Origin: Atractiella rhizophila
Lineage: Eukaryota
Direction: 5' to 3'
NCBI GenBank assembly: GCA_021432655.1
Contig: MU271427.1
Location: forward strand, 1 to 64,000
Length of the DNA stretch: 64,000 nucleotides
Below are positions 61,848 to 64,000 of this stretch, in pieces. The stretch's first letter is position 1; each line of letters begins with the position of its first letter. The notes beneath the pieces are model-generated. The model was not told the DNA's origin and ran no database searches. It saw nothing but the letters and a program-made list of their open reading frames with translations. The position numbers and the translations under genes were made by a program.

Positions 61848-64000
61848 TTGTGCTCAAATAATTCGACCATCAGTCATATAATATCCTACGAGCTCTATAA
61901 AGATTTGAGTTCCTTTCTCAATGCTCACTCCAATTATGATATTTTCAGCCTTCAAAAGGTCAAGGACCTCATTCAACAGCGTAGTCGCATCATTCCTGAA
62001 TCTTACGACATATGTCCAAATTCTCAGATTGCCTATGCTGGAGTTTGGAAAGATCATCCAGCTTGCCCCAAATGTGGACTGTCCCGAACGATCAAGAAAA
62101 GCAAGAATGGACAGGCATTTGAAGTTTCTCGTCAGAAATACTATGTTGTCCCTTTCGAAGTCCCCCTGCAAGCGGCAGAAGGTGCAAAGCTGGCAAAACA
62201 TCGTGCACAAAGGACAGAGGCGCTGATGGCAAGATCAAGTCAAACTGCCTTCAGGGTGGATGTCATAGATGATATTTATTGTGGACGAGATTACCTCCAA
62301 GCTGTCTACTACCCCAAGATTCTTCCCACAGATTGTGTCCTCGGCTGTTCTCTGGATGGAGCTCAAATTTACGACAAAATCAAACCATCTGATTCAATCT
62401 TCATTATCATGATCGACTACAACCTCCCTCCCGAAATCCGCTACAAGCAACAATTCATCATTCCCATTGCCATCATTCCGGGGCCTCTCAAACCGTAGGA
62501 CCAGAACTCGTTCCTACTTCCGATTTTTGAACGAGTTAAACGTCTTTACACTACTGGATTTCCCTTATATAATGGAGAAGAGAATCACTGATTCCGATCG
62601 AGGCCCTTTATTGCACTGAGACTCTTTGATACTCCCTGTCAAGCTGAAATGGGAGGGGACGTCGGCCCAACAGGACGAGTAGGTTGCCACATCAATGGCT
62701 GCAAATGTGTTAGTGTCCATGTGCGTGGTGGTTCCATTTAGTACTTCCCACTGCGAAGACCAATAAACAACGCGGAACCTGAAGATATTCAACCGGATTA
62801 CGATCCTTGGAACCTTCCAACTGAGAGCGCAGCTGAATTCTAAGCCCATGCAGAAGAGGTAGTGAGAGCAAGAGCTGCTGCGCGAGAAACCGAAGCTAAC
62901 CACCTCCAGAGAGAATATGGAATTGTAAGGGTAGTCTATTCTCCCAAATTGAAACCCTTGGCGGAGGTCCTCCATTTCGCTTTGTGATTAATGGCATGCA
63001 CCACCCCAACTTCAATTTCTCAGAACTTTGGAGAGGCGAGATTCGGCCAACAGATAAAAGTCAACGTCAGGCCTGGGAAAGCGTCAACATGGTCAGGAAG
63101 CAGTTGGAGCTGAAATTGTTGACGAGATTCCCCCTGATGACCGCCTGCCATGGGAGGTGCTAGTTGGTGAATGTTGGAGAAAGCACGGTATTGATGTCTC
63201 AAATACTCACTGCTACATTCCTTCATCTTGGGACAAATTCCTCCGAAATATCGATATCAAATATTCAGCATATCGAGCTAAGGAATGGGAAACTTATTTC
63301 TATGGTCTTGGGCCCAGTCTACTTCAAGGGATTCTGCCTGCGCCGTATTTTCAGCATTACGTCAAAATTGTGCACTGTATGTGGGTCTTACGCAGGCACG
63401 AAATAACCCAGGACCAGCTGGATGAAGTGGAGAAGCTAATTGTAGAGTTTGTTGAAGAATTTGAACGAGAATACTATCAGCATGACTCCCGACGACTTCA
63501 TTTCTGCCGAATATCTCTCCACAAGCTCTTTCATCTATGTGACCAAACCAGACGTGTCGGCCCTTTCATTTATATCACTCAACGGACCCTAGAGCGAACA
63601 ATCGGCCTGCTTGGTTCTCGCATACGTGTGTCTCCCCGTGCTTTTCGATGGAGGCGACGCTCGGAATCGTGCAGGAAAACCTGGCGAACTAGAAACGGAT
63701 CGAGACCGAACCTTAATTCTCATCGATAAGGCACATGTGCACATTTGCCGAAGTTATAAACAACGGATGGCTGTTCGAGAAAAGACCCCGTCAGACGTGC
63801 GCTTTCCACCATATTAACGACTACCACACTGCTCTTCAGCTATGAATGCCCTATCGAAGTTCCTCCAAGCTTCATCCTCCAGGTCAGCCATTCTCCCTCG
63901 AAACGAGGAATTGAGCGCGGTGTGACTGCTCCACAGAACCTTTGTGACATCACTAGTCGAGTCTTCGAGCTCAAACACGACAAAGTCTGTAGAACTGTAC
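61848..64000 (+). mobile_element. CACTA/EnSpm transposase (Transposase_21-like), decayed, runs off the window
   Basis: YDICPNS..Y...CPKCGLSR; DDIYCG; SLDGAQIY; NLPPEIRY...IIPGPLKP; YRAKEW...LLQGILP; LHKLFHL...GP....QRTLERTIG. Confidence 0.88.

Overview
This is eukaryotic, almost certainly basidiomycete fungal DNA: it has short GT-AG introns, Zn2Cys6 genes, and FunK1 and TET/JBP remnants. The window is mostly nested and decayed transposons: a Ty1/Copia element, two small gag-only LTR elements plus a solo LTR, a pogo/Fot1 element, Helitron Rep/PIF1 remnants, and hAT, CACTA/EnSpm-like and Plavaka-like remnants. A few host genes or fragments are present (two Zn2Cys6 factors, a small 3-exon Arg/His-rich gene, and patatin, FunK1, XAP5 and F-box-like pieces). 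Main observations: (1) The ~3.4 kb block 9670-13080, next to a 25-N gap, appears to be reversed without being complemented. Its complement read left to right contains a spliced gene, and reversing it restores the pogo TIR pair, the pogo ORF end and a plausible Zn2Cys6 N-terminus. This is most likely an assembly or processing artefact, and it hides genes from six-frame translation. (2) A gag-only element with Copia-type Gag has no tRNA primer site but has a 9-nt site complementary to its own predicted transcript 5' end, resembling Tf1-style self-priming. (3) A second, related gag-only element uses a normal tRNA PBS and shares spaced 3' non-coding motifs with the first. (4) A decayed TET/JBP-type dioxygenase lies in a unit that is partly duplicated elsewhere in the window. 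All family calls come from motif recognition by eye; no searches were run.
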